Of a stretch of 64,000 nt of DNA, positions 35,728 through 47,300 are shown one piece after another (the first letter of the stretch is position 1; every line of letters begins with the position of its first letter). This DNA is from Eledone cirrhosa (taxonomy: Eukaryota): NCBI GenBank assembly GCA_964016885.1, contig OZ024740.1, forward strand, positions 437,782,001 to 437,846,000, written 5' to 3'. The notes beneath the pieces are model-generated. The model ran no database searches and was not told the DNA's origin. It was given only the letters and a program-made list of their open reading frames with translations. A program made the position numbers and the translations under genes.

Positions 35728-35764
35728 TCTTCTGATGAAGGACTAGCGTCCGAAACGTTAAGAC
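35728..35764 (+). ncRNA. Minimal hammerhead ribozyme motif (Penelope-like element type)
   Basis: TCTT-CTGATGA-A-GGAC TAGC GTCC-GAAA-CGTT-AAGA: core boxes, 4-bp stem II, palindromic ACGT stem III, 4-bp stem I (TCTT/AAGA), one extra A after the core. Confidence 0.65.
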
Positions 35765-35874
35765 CCTCTTCCTGCTATATCAAGCGTTAACCTAATATAT
35801 CTCTTCCATATACTGTACCGATTGTGTTGTTATTTCTGTTTACCTTTTACATATATATATATATATATATATAT

Positions 35875-36210
35875 ACCTGACCTCCCATGGGTACATGCTG
35901 AAGCATATAAACAATATGCCCCCACACCCCCCACCGCAAGGTAGTCGTGGAGGTGCCACGGCAAAAAAGCACCCAGCCCACACTGTAAAGTGGACGTGTA
36001 AGCGCCATGAAAAAGCACCCAGCACTCACTGTAAATGAGGTTGGTGTTAGGAAGGGCATCCAGCTGTAGAAATCAAGCCATATCAGTTCCTGTATGAGCA
36101 AGGCATGGTCAGCCAACCAGACACTGCACACAACAGGACAACCCGTCTAACCCATGCTAGCGTGGAAGAACGGACGTAAAACGGTGATGATGATGATGAT
36201 GATGATGATA
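35875..36210 (+). mobile_element. RTE (family B2) 3'UTR fragment between (TA)n tracts
   Basis: Matches the 3'UTRs at 37530(-) and 41185(+); (GAT)n tail. Confidence 0.9.
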
Positions 36211-36219
36211 TATATATAA

Positions 36220-36251
<32 letters not shown>

Positions 36252-36252
<1 letters not shown>

Positions 36253-37370
36253 CATCATCATCATCATCATCATCATCGTTTAACGTCCATGTTCCACGCT
36301 TGCATGGGTTTGGACGGGAGTTTTCCCACTTGAGGCAAGAGTGGTTGTCTTGCTCGCATAGGACTGTCTGGCGGGTTTTCTACAGCTGGATTCCCTTCCT
36401 AACACCAACCACATTTACAGTGTGGGACTGTGAGGTTTTTACCATGTTGCCTACACGGCCACATTACAGCGTGGACTGTGTGTATTTTTGTCGTGACACC
36501 TACACGATCTCATTTGTTTCGGCCTGGATGTTGTGGCACCAACATAACTTTACATTGAAAGGGGCAGTGTGGATGGGACGGGGGTGGTGGGACGGGGTGT
36601 ATTTTGTTAGAGATGCCTACTGCTGTAGTAGGTTTTACTTTGTATTTAGGTAAGGCGGGTCTTCCCTATTACTGAGTACCGCCAAAGATCTCGGTCCAGT
36701 GACATTGTCTTGGAGAGGTGTAAGTGTGTGAGGTCGGAATTTATCAGGTCGTCCCAGGTTTTTCTGGGTCTGCCTACTCCGTAGCTACCGTCTATCTTTA
36801 TTGCCCTGCACTTTTTTATACAGCTGTCGTCTTTCATGCGCATTACGTGACCATACCAACGTAGTCTTCTCTCGAGTAAACAACATCTGATCCCTCTTAT
36901 TTCTAATTTTTCCCTTAGTTTGTTTATGCTTTGCCGTTCGCGTATATTACTATTACATATCCAGCGGAGCATGCAAGCTTCGTTCCTCTCTAGTCTGCGT
37001 ATATCCTCTGCACACAATGCCCAGGTCTCACTGCCATGCAACATTGCTGTTCATATGCAGGCATCATACAGCCTGCCTTTCATTTTTAGGGAGAACCCTT
37101 TAGCGGCTAATAGTGGTATAAGCTCTCTGAACTTTTTCCATCCAGTTCTGACTCTAGCTACTGTACTTTCAGAGCACCCTCCCCCACTGCTGATTTTGTC
37201 CCCCAGGTAACGGAAGCTGTCCACTATTTCTATAGAACCCTCTGTGCAATTGAAAGAGCTAGTATTTTGTGGGCACTTGCTGCTACTTATTGCACCAGAG
37301 CACCGGCCACATGTAAAATCTGTGTTCTTAGTTAGCTTACCTGTGATCCCACTACATCTTTTATACACAT
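36252..37370 (-). mobile_element. 5'-truncated RTE (family B)
   Basis: ORFs 37051-37368 and 36646-37044 (FRYLGDK, GSETW, RLRWYGHV, GRPRKTW); (CAT)n tail. Confidence 0.93.
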
Positions 37371-37404
37371 ATATATATAATGATAGTGACTGAGAAAAAT
37401 AACA

Positions 37405-37485
37405 GAAGTCTGATGAGCGTTTGAGTTGGGCCCGATCGACACAGATCGAACCTTGAGCTGATCAATCGCGAAATACGCGTCACAC
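37405..37485 (+). ncRNA. Hammerhead-like motif with extended stem II
   Basis: CTGATGA (37410-16), GCGtTTGA...TCAAtCGC stem with inner CGATC/GATCG hairpin, GAAA (37470-73), then TACGCGTC. Stem I is weak. Confidence 0.5.
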
Positions 37486-37529
37486 CTCAATATTTGTAAT
37501 GAAAATTTAACATCTCATCCAAATTATAT

Positions 37530-38178
37530 ATCATCATCATCATCATCATCACCGTTTTACGTCCGTTCTTCCACGCTAGCATGGGTTAGACGGGTTGTCC
37601 TGTTGTGGGCAGTGTCTGGTCGGCTGACCATGCCTTGCTCATACAGGAACTGATCTGGCTTGATTTCTACAGCTGGATGCCCTTCCTAACACCAACCTCA
37701 TTTACAGTGAGTGCTGGGTGCTTTTTCGTGGCACCTACACGTCCACTTTACAGTGTGGGCTGGGTGCTTTTTTGCCGTGGCACCTCCACGACCACCTTGC
37801 GGTGGGGGGAGTAGGGACATATTGTTTATATGCTTCAGCATGTACCCATGGGAGGTCGGGTACCCTGTATTACTGCGTGACGCCAGAAGTCACGGTCGTG
37901 TGTCATTGTCTTTGAGAGGTGTAGTTGGGTAAGGTCGGCTTTTATCACCTCATCCCAAGTCATCTTGGGTCTCCCCACTCCGCGGTTTCCACCAACTTCT
38001 AGTGCTCTGCACCTTTTTATGCAGCTGTCATCCTTCATACGCATCACATGTCCATACCAGCGTAACCGCCTCTCCTGCACGCAGCATTTGATTCCTCTTA
38101 TGCTCAGTCTCTCTCTCAATTCCTTTATGCTTTGTCGTTCACGTATATAACTGTTACACATCCATCGGAGCATGCAGG

Positions 38179-38180
<2 letters not shown>
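37530..38180 (-). mobile_element. 5'-truncated RTE (family B2)
   Basis: MLRWMCN...RRLRWYGHVMRM...GRPKMTW; (CAT)n tail; (TA)n at the 5' side. Confidence 0.93.
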
Positions 38181-38244
<64 letters not shown>

Positions 38245-38261
38245 ATAGGGGTGAATAGGGC

Positions 38262-38550
38262 CTCTGAAACTGGGTATAAGAGGGATAAGTTCTGGTGTGC
38301 AGGAGAGAAGGCTGAGATGGTATGGACATGTGATGCGCATGGAGGATGACCGATGGGTAAAAAAGTGCAAGAAACCCCAGTAGAAGGAAGACGCAGTAGA
38401 GGTAGACCACGAAAACATGGGCGGAGGTGGTGAGAGCAGACCTCAGATCGCTGAAACTCACCGAGGGGATGACGAAGGACTGTGACAAGTGGAGAGATGA
38501 TGTGCTGAATAGGACCCGTCCAACCCTTGCAAGCAGGGAAAAGCAGACGT

Positions 38551-38588
<38 letters not shown>

Positions 38589-38590
38589 AT
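38262..38590 (+). mobile_element. RTE (family C) 3' fragment
   Basis: RLRWYGHVMRMEDDRW, RADLRSLKLTE, CCCTTGCAAGCAGGG terminus and long (GAT)n. Confidence 0.92.
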
Positions 38591-38609
38591 ATATATATAT
38601 ATATATATA

Positions 38610-39355
38610 TACAAATAAAAGGCAGAGTTAATAACTCCTATTGATACCCTGTAATTAACAAGCTCAAAGTATAAATACTGAGCATTTCAATAATATATGT
38701 AGTAATAAACACAGTAAATCGTGTCTAAAATTACGAGGGTTGAGATACCACATTCGTTTGAGAAATTTAATCAGAAGCAAATGGAATATACATAAAATAA
38801 AATTACTTTTGGCACAAGGCCAGCAATTACCCAGTACATTACTGGTACTTTATTTTATCGACCCCGTAAGGATGAAAGGCGAAGTTAACCTCGGCGGGAT
38901 TTGAACTCAGTCCGTAAAGGGGTGTAACTATGCTGTAAAGCATAGCGTCCGACCCTCTACCAATACTACCAATCCACCGCCCATAAAATAAAATATATAC
39001 AGACCACCTCAATAACTATTACATCTCCCGGATAGATAATGGATTTAATCTGTTTTGCCCTGAGAATTGTGTTTGTAACAGATAATCCGTGGGCATCATC
39101 AGCGAGAGAATAGATTAAATGAAACAAACACCTAAGCCAAAGCCACACGAATGAACATTTCACCTCGTGTGCTAGAAGTCAAAAGTGGCGTGAGTGGATT
39201 GGCTAGAAACAATAGCCTAATACACCCAACTTATAAGCTCACCTAGTAGGGAGTCAAAATACAAATAAAAGGCAGAGTTAATAACTCATACTGATATGTG
39301 GTTGAAATGTGGTATCTCAACCCTCGTAATTTTAGACACGATTTACTGTGTTTAT

Positions 39356-39360
<5 letters not shown>
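38610..39360. mobile_element. Element with nested direct and inverted repeats, possibly a Penelope-like pseudo-LTR, interrupted by a SINE
   Basis: ~28-bp direct repeat (38610/39260), perfect 55-bp inverted repeat (38700-38754 / 39306-39360), degenerate minus-strand hammerhead CTGATGA-TGCCC...GGGCA-AAAC at ~39052-39102. Flanked by (TA)n. Confidence 0.5.
38803..38982 (-). mobile_element. Young SINE family 1 copy
   Basis: Near-identical to the 27983 and 32739 copies. Confidence 0.9.
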
Positions 39361-39406
<46 letters not shown>

Positions 39407-39479
39407 ATGATAGTAATGTATTAGATGTTCTGAGAACTTTTAGATTTATCAGAAGATAATTATTGAGTAGATATATAAT

Positions 39480-40035
39480 TAAGATTGGGAATACGGAAGA
39501 TGATATGGTTGAGAGGAAGAGCAAAGCCTGGGCGGTGTGCCACAGCTTGAGATCGGTGTGGAAGTCGGACCTTCGTAGAGACCTGAAAATCCGCCTCTTC
39601 ATTGCTGTAGTGGAGTCTGTGCTGCTGTACGGGTCTGAGACTTGGACACTGACCAAGAAACTCACTCAGATGGTGGATGGGTGCTACACGAGAATGCTGA
39701 GGATGGCTCTGAACATTAATCAGTATACACTGAGGATGAAAAACTCAGAGTTGTATGGGAGCATCCCAAAAGTCAGCTCAAAAGTGACACAGAGGAGACT
39801 GAGGTTAGCTGGACATGCTCACCGACATCCAGAGTTGACATTGCACTCAGTGCTCCTATGGGAGCCCCTACATGGACACACTAGAAGAGTAAGAACAAGG
39901 TTAACGTATGTTGATGCCCTAAGGACAGACACTGGTCTGTTGGAGACGCAGGACATGGCAGCGATAATGAGGGACAGAGACCGCTGGAGAGAACTCATCC
40001 ATGGATCTCGGGAATTTTACCCGCCTTAGATATAA
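39480..40035 (+). mobile_element. 3' end of a further RTE-like LINE family (D), open frame
   Basis: KIRLFIAVVESVLLYGSETWTL, RMLRMALNI, RRLRLAGHAHRH, LLWEP, DRDRWR. Confidence 0.88.
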
Positions 40036-40189
40036 TTAAAAGAATTCCAAGTTATTAGCATCTAGTCTACTATTCTGACATTGTCTATATTGGACTACAT
40101 TATTTAATGTTCTCTAAAGCAGCAACACCAGGATATGATGATATGAGGGATATTTGGGTGATGTTTCTAGTAGGTTGAGCAACTGCATA

Positions 40190-40390
40190 ATCTGGCCCTT
40201 GTTCCTAGGATATTGCTATGCTAGTTTTGTTCCCCTCCTCCCTCACTGGCCCTTGTTCCTAGGATATTGCTAGTCTTGTGCGCCGCACCCCCCCCCCCTC
40301 ACTGGCCCTGTTCCTAGCATATGGCTAGTCTTGCCCCACCCCCACAAGTAGCCCCTGTTCCTAGGATATCGCTAGTCTTGTGTCCCCACA
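40190..40390. repeat. ~50-56-bp minisatellite, 4 copies
   Basis: GGCCC(T)TGTTCCTAGGATATTGCTAGTCTTG plus a C-rich linker. Confidence 0.85.
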
Positions 40391-40547
40391 CACACATACA
40401 CCTAACTCATTTGTCTTTCTTCCTTTTGATTCGCTATATTTTATCTACCACTCTTAAGACCTCATCCTAACACCTATGCCCAATCCTTCCTTCTCACAAT
40501 ATCAACTCTCCAAAATTCCTTCAAGAAAGACCAACAGCTTCATCTCA

Positions 40548-41567
40548 CTGATATTGTCAGCCCTACAAAGGTCATGGCCAGCAACAAAGCTGATATTGTC
40601 AGCCCTACAAAGGTCATGGCCAGCAACAAAGCTGATATTGTCAGCCCTACAAAGGTCATGGCCAGCAATAAAGCTGATATTGTCAGGGTAAGAACGGGAT
40701 GGAAGAAGTTTAGGGAACTACTACCACTGCTAGCTGCAAAAGGCTTCTCCCTCAGAATGAAAGGCAGACTGTATGATGCATGTATCCGAACAGCAATGTT
40801 GCATGGTAGTGAGACCTGGGCGCTGGAGGTGGAAGACTTACTTAGATTAGAGAGAAACGAAGCCTGCATGCTCCGATGGATGTGTAACAGTAATATACGT
40901 GAACGACAAAGCATAAAGGAATTGAGAGAGAGAGTGAGCATAAGAGGAATCAAATGCTGTGTGCAGGAGAGGCGGTTGCGCTGGTATGGACATGTGATGC
41001 GTATGAAGGATGACAGCTGCATAAAAAGGTGCAGAGCACTAGAAGTTGATGGAAACCGCGGAGTGGGGAGACCCAAGATGACCTGGAATGAGGTGATAAA
41101 AGCCGACCTTACCCAATTACACCTCTCAAAGGCGATGACACACGACTGTGACTTCTGGCGTCACGCAGTAATACAGAGTACTCGACCTCCCATGGGTACA
41201 AGCTGAAGCATATAGACAATATGCCCCCACCGCAAGGTGGCCGTGGAGGTGCCACGGCAAAAAAGCACTCAGCCCACACTGTAAAGTGGACTTCTAGGCG
41301 CTACGAAAAAGCACCCAGCACTCACTGTAAATGAGGTTGGTGTTAGGAAGGGCATCCAGCTGTAGAAATCAAGCCAAATCAGTTCCTGTATGAGCAAGGC
41401 ATGGTCAGCCGACCAGACACTGCCCACAACAGGACAACCCGTCTAACCCATGCTAGTGTGGAAGAACAGACGTAAACGGTGATGATGATGTCAGCCCTAC
41501 AAAGGTCATGGCCAGCAACAAAGCTGATATTGTCAGCCCTACAAAGGTCATGGCCAGCAACAAAGCC
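40548..41567. repeat. 42-bp minisatellite split by an RTE insertion
   Basis: Unit GATATTGTCAGCCCTACAAAGGTCATGGCCAGCAACAAAGCT at 40550, 40592, 40634 and 40676; resumes at ~41489 for about 2 more copies. Confidence 0.92.
40686..41488 (+). mobile_element. Young 5'-truncated RTE (family B2)
   Basis: RVRTGWKKFRELLPLL...GSETW...GRPKMTW open to the stop at 41206; 3'UTR and (GAT)n tail. Confidence 0.95.
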
Positions 41568-41713
41568 ATTTAACAAAAAAGGATTAATTTTTATTAAAAA
41601 GATAAGCAGAAAAAAACTTACCATTCAACAAAGTTGGCACTTCGCTATTATGTGGGATCTGTATATAAAATGTTTAGTTGTTACTATTAAGTTTAGGATG
41701 ATAAACTTATATA

Positions 41714-42870
41714 CAGGGTGGGCCTTAAGTCTCGTACCAAAGCATTGTCTTAACATATTAACTGTATTAATAAAGAACTGAATTATCACTTACATTTAAT
41801 TACAATCATCTTTATGTGTTGTGGATTACCTCTATCTCTCTAGACCAAATAGAGGAATGATCAAATAATAATAATAATAATTAAATTATTGTGTACAGTG
41901 CTCAGGTGCACTACAACTCATCAAAGGTGCATGTATAGTACATAGAATAATGTACAAATGTCAGGAAAATGAACAGTGTATGAGTCATGATATAATAATA
42001 ATGAAATATTGTGTACAGTGCCCAGGTGCACCACAACTCATCAAAAAGTGCATGTACAGTACATAGGGCAATGCACAAACATCAGTAAAATGAACAGTGC
42101 ACGAGTCATGATACACATGTGTGCATGTGTATGGAAGGGGTACATCAGGTGTAGTTTTGGCGTATTTCGGGAAGCATGAGTGTCTTAAAGGATGCAGTGT
42201 CTCGGCAGCTAACAACTGACGCAGGCAGTTTGTTCCATGCTTCAGCAACTCTGAGCGTGAAAAAATGTCTACGAAAGTCATGGGAGCTGTGCTGTTTTCT
42301 GATTTTGTAGGCATGTCCACGTGTGTTAGACACATGGAGATCAAAAAGGTGCTCAGGGTTGCAATTGGCGAGATGGTTAATAACTTTGTGGGTATTCACC
42401 AAGTCCATTGCCAGACGTCGGAGCTTCAATGTATGCATGCCCAGGGAAGCAAGGCGTTCAGAGTATGGTAGGTGTCTGATGGAGGGTATGCGCTTGGTTG
42501 CACGTCTCTGAACAGTTTCCAGGAGGTCAATGTTCTGAGCAAGATAGAGGTTCCAGACTGATGATGCGAATTCCAAGTGTGGTCGTACCATAGCTGTATA
42601 CAGTTTTAAATAGATGGCTGGAGAGCGGCTAACAAAGGTCTTGCTGAGTGATGCCAAGACACCCTCGGCCTTCTCGACAATCTTAGAGACATGCTTTGTC
42701 CAAGTGTGAGCTATCATGTAAAATGTAAACCATTGAACTCAGTAAATCACAGATGATAGGATGATGAAACCTTTGTTATTTCAATATCATTTTTGTTATT
42801 AATACAATACAATGTACATGTATACTAAATTGTTTTTAATGATTTCGTGTGCGACTTACACCCCACCCTG
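41714..42870. mobile_element. Tc1/mariner-type non-autonomous element hosting CR1 insertions
   Basis: TA|CAGGGTGGGCCTTAAGTC ... GACTTACACCCCACCCTG|TA: imperfect TIRs with TA duplication. Confidence 0.75.
41863..42705 (-). mobile_element. CR1 3' fragment (41991-42705) plus a second tandem CR1 tail (41863-41990)
   Basis: ORF 42145-42717: WTKHVSKIV, VRPHLEF, TRGHAYK, WNKLP. Two copies of the (TAA)n-TTGTGTACAGTG 3'UTR. Confidence 0.92.
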
Positions 42871-43099
42871 TATTTAAGATTAAATTTTTGATAGTATCTA
42901 ATAAAGAAAATAGTTAAAAGTGCTGTAAGTTGTGACAAGATTATTTTATACACAGTGTTTTTATAAGCTTGTATACAAAATATTTACATTCAAATTTATA
43001 AAATTCAATATTAAAATCACATTCAGTTTAGAAAAGGCCTTAATAATTAAAAACTTAGCCTTATGTTAAATATGACTTGTATAATCATTTGACATCAAA

Positions 43100-44310
43100 T
43101 TATGGAGAAATGCAGAGAACAGCAGTGGAATTTACACATCACCTTTATAGACTTTGCCAAAACTTTTGACTTGAAATCCTGAGAAAGCTTGGCTGTCCAG
43201 CAAAATTTGTTAGCATCATTAGGACTCTATATTCAAATATGAATGCTAGGCTTATTATAGATGGCAAATTGTCAAATCCTATCAACTACAATAACGGGGT
43301 GAAGCAAGGCTGCAAACTTGCCCCTACACTATTTGGGCTCTACGCAGCTGTACTGCTCTTTATAGCCTTCAAAGAAGTCAGCTCCTCACACAGCGTCAAA
43401 GTATGCTTTAGATATGATGGTGATATCTTTGGTCTTTGTCTCCTCATGTCCAAGACAAAGATACTTCATGATTTCATAAGGGAGGCCCAATATGCTGATG
43501 ACATTGCTGTTTTCTGCAATGATCTCATTGTTCTACAGCAGCTCTTATCTGCATATAACACAGTTTCATTGTTAAAAGGCCTTCATATCAACATTAAGAA
43601 GACTGAAACAATGAATATCAGCAAGCAAGTTTATTTTTTCATTTTCGGGTAAAAATTTGCCATCTTCAAATATCTTGGCAGGTATGTCACCATAGACAGT
43701 AAACTAGATGAAGAACTTAGTGCACGTATTCAAGTTGCCTCTTGTGCTGTAGGTAAACTAAGAGTGAGAGTCTTTGAATCTAGGAACTGATATCTGAGAC
43801 TAAACTTAAAGTTTATAGCCAATGTGTGACTCCTCTCTTGTATGGAAGTGAGACGTAGACTCTCCATCATTACCACATAAGACATTTAAGAAGAGTTCAG
43901 CAACAGCACTTGACGTTCATTCTCAACATCAAATGAGATAAATTTGTCACAAACAATGAGGTATTGAAACCTGCAAAGACGCCCGATATTGTAACCATCC
44001 TCATAAGGAATAGATTCAGATGGGTTGGTCATGTCGTCCGCATGGAGGATTGTAGACCTATAAAGAAACTTCTTTTGGGTGAGCTTGAGGATGGTGTTCG
44101 ATATGTAGGACACCCTCTCTTGAGGTATAAGGACACGATCAAAGATATTTTGAAAAAAGGTAACATTATTCACTGCTGAAGGCATTATGCCGATGACCAA
44201 TATGGCGGAAGTTAATCCATGATGGCAACATTGATATTGTAAACCAAAGGAAGCAGGACAAGAAGAAAAGGGAGAAACTACACAACAGATCAGGTCGACT
44301 AATATAACAG
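43100..44310 (+). mobile_element. Degenerate RTE LINE (family E), RT through C-terminus, no 3'UTR
   Basis: EKCREQQ..FIDFAKTFD, GVKQGCKLAPTLF, YADDIA, FKYLG, LLYGSET, RFRWVGHVVRM, WRKLIHDG...RKQDKKKREK; many frameshifts. Confidence 0.9.
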
Positions 44311-47300
44311 ACTTTGTCATGTTACTAATATAGACTTTGTCATGTTACTAATATAGACTTTGTCATGTTACTAATATAGACTTTGTTATGTTACTAATAT
44401 AGACTTTGTTATGTTACTAATGTAGACTTTGTTATGTTACTAATGTAGACTTTCTCATGCTACTAATATAGACTTTGTCATGTTACTAATGTAGACTTTG
44501 TTATGTTACTAATGTAGACTTTGTCATGTTACTAATATAGACTTTGTTACGTTACTAATATAGACTTTGTCATATTACTAATATAGACTTTGTTATGTTA
44601 CTAATATAGACTTTGTCATGTTACTAATATAGACTTTGTTATGTTACTAATGTAGACTTTGTCATGTTACTAATGTAGACTTTGTCATGTTACTAATGTA
44701 GACTTTGTCATGTTACTAATGTAGACTTTGTCATGTTACTAATATAGACTGTGTCATGTTACTAATATAGACTGTGTCATGTTACTAATATAGACTGTGT
44801 CATGTTACTAATATAGACTTTGTTATGTTACTAATATAGACTTTGTTATGTTACTAATATAGACTTTGTTATGTTACTAATATAGACTTTGTTATGTTAC
44901 TAATGTAGACTTTGTTATGTTACTAATGTAGACTTTGTCATGTTACTAATATAGACTGATGTTACTAATATAGACTGTGTCATGTTACTAATATAGACTG
45001 TCATGTTACTAATATAGACTTTGTTATGTTACTAATGTAGACTTTGTCATGTTACTAATGTAGACTTTGTCATGTTACTAATGTAGACTTTGTCATGTTA
45101 CTAATGTAGACTTTGTCATGTTACTAATATAGACTTTCTCATGCTACTAATATAGACTTTGTCATGCTACTAATATAGACTTTGTCATGCTACTAATATA
45201 GACTTTGTCATGCTACTAATATAGACTTTGTCATGTTAGTAATATAGACTTTGTCATGTTACTAATATTGACTGTCATGTTACTAATATAGACTTTGTTG
45301 TGTTACTAATATAGACTTTGTCATGTTACTAATATAGACTTTGTCATGTTACTAATGTAGACTTTGTCATGTTACTAATATAGACTTTGTCATGCTACTA
45401 ATATAGACTTTGTCATGTTACTAATATAGACTTTGTCATGTTAGTAATATAGACTTTGTCATGTTACTAATATAGACTGTCATGTTACTAATATAGACTT
45501 TGTTGTGTTATTAACATAGACTTTGTCATGCTACTAATATAGACTTTGCATTGTTACTAATATAGACTTTGTCATGTTACTAATATTGACTTTGTCATGT
45601 TACTAATATAGACTTTGTCATGTTACTAATATAGACTTTGTCATGTTACTAATATAGACTTTGTCATGCTACTAATATTGACTTTGTCATGTTACTAATA
45701 TAGACTTTGTCATGTTACTAATATTGACTTTGTCGTGTTACTAATATAGACTTTGTCATGTTACTAATATAGACTTTGTCATGCTACTAATATAGACTTT
45801 GTCATGTTACTAATATAGACTTTGTCATGCTACTAATATAGACTGTGTCATGTTACTAATATAGACTTTGTCATGTTACTAATATAGACTTTCTCATGTT
45901 ACTAATATAGACTTTGTCATGTTACTAATATAGACTTTGTCATGCTACTAATATAGACTTTCTTGTGTTACTAATATAGACTTTGTCATGTTACTAATAT
46001 TGACTTTGTCATGTTACTAATATAGACTTTGTCATGTTACTAATATAGACTTTGTCATGTTACTAATATAGACTTTGTCATGCTACTAATATAGACTTTG
46101 TCATGTTACTAATATAGACTTTGTCATGTTACTAATATAGACTTTGTCATGTTACTAATATTGACTTTGTCATGTTACTAATATAGACTTTGTCATGTTA
46201 CTAATATTGACTTTGTCGTGGTACTAATATAGACTTTGTCATGTTACTAATATAGACTTTGTCATGTTACTAATATAGACTTTGTCATGCTACTAATATT
46301 GACTTTGTCGTGTTACTAATATAGACTTTGTCATGTTACTAATATTGACTTTGTCGTGTTACTAATATAGACTTTGTCATGTTACTAATATAAACTTTGT
46401 CATGTTACTAATATAGACTGTCATGTTACTAATATAGACTTTGTCATGTTACTAATATAGACTTTGTCATGTTACTAATGTAGACTTTGTCATGTTACTA
46501 ATATAGACTTTGTCATGTTACTAATGTAGACTTTGTCATGCTACTAATATTGACTTTGTCGTGTTACTAATATAGACTGTCATGTTACTAATATAGACTT
46601 TGTCATGTTACTAATATAGACTTTGTCATGTTACTAATATAGACTTTGTCATGTTACTAATATAGACTTTGTCATGTTAATAATATAGACTTTGTCATGT
46701 TACTAATATAGACGTTGTCATGTTACTAATATAGACTTTGTTATGCTACTAATATAGACTTTGTCATGTTACTAATATAGACGTTGTCATGTTACTAATA
46801 TAGACTGACGTTACTAATATAGACTTTGTCATGCTACTAATATAGACTTTGTTGTGTTACTAATATAGACTTTGTTGTGTTACTAATATAGACTTTGTTG
46901 TGTTACTAATATAGACTTTGTTATGTTACTAATATAGACTTTGTCATGTTACTAATATAGACTTTGTCATGTTACTAATATAGACTTTGTCATGTTACTA
47001 ATATAGACTTTCTCATGTTACTAATATAGACTTTGTCATGTTACTAATATTGACTTTGTCATGTTACTAATATAGACTTTGTCATGTTACTAATATAGAC
47101 TTTGTCATGTTACTAATATAGACTGATGTTACTAATATAGACTTTGTCATGCTACTAATATAGACTTTGTTGTGTTACTAATATACACTTTGTTGTGTTA
47201 CTAATATAGACTTTGTTGTGTTACAAATATAGACTTTGTCATGTTACTAATATAGACTTTGTCATGTTACTAATATAGACTTTGTCATGTTACTAATATA

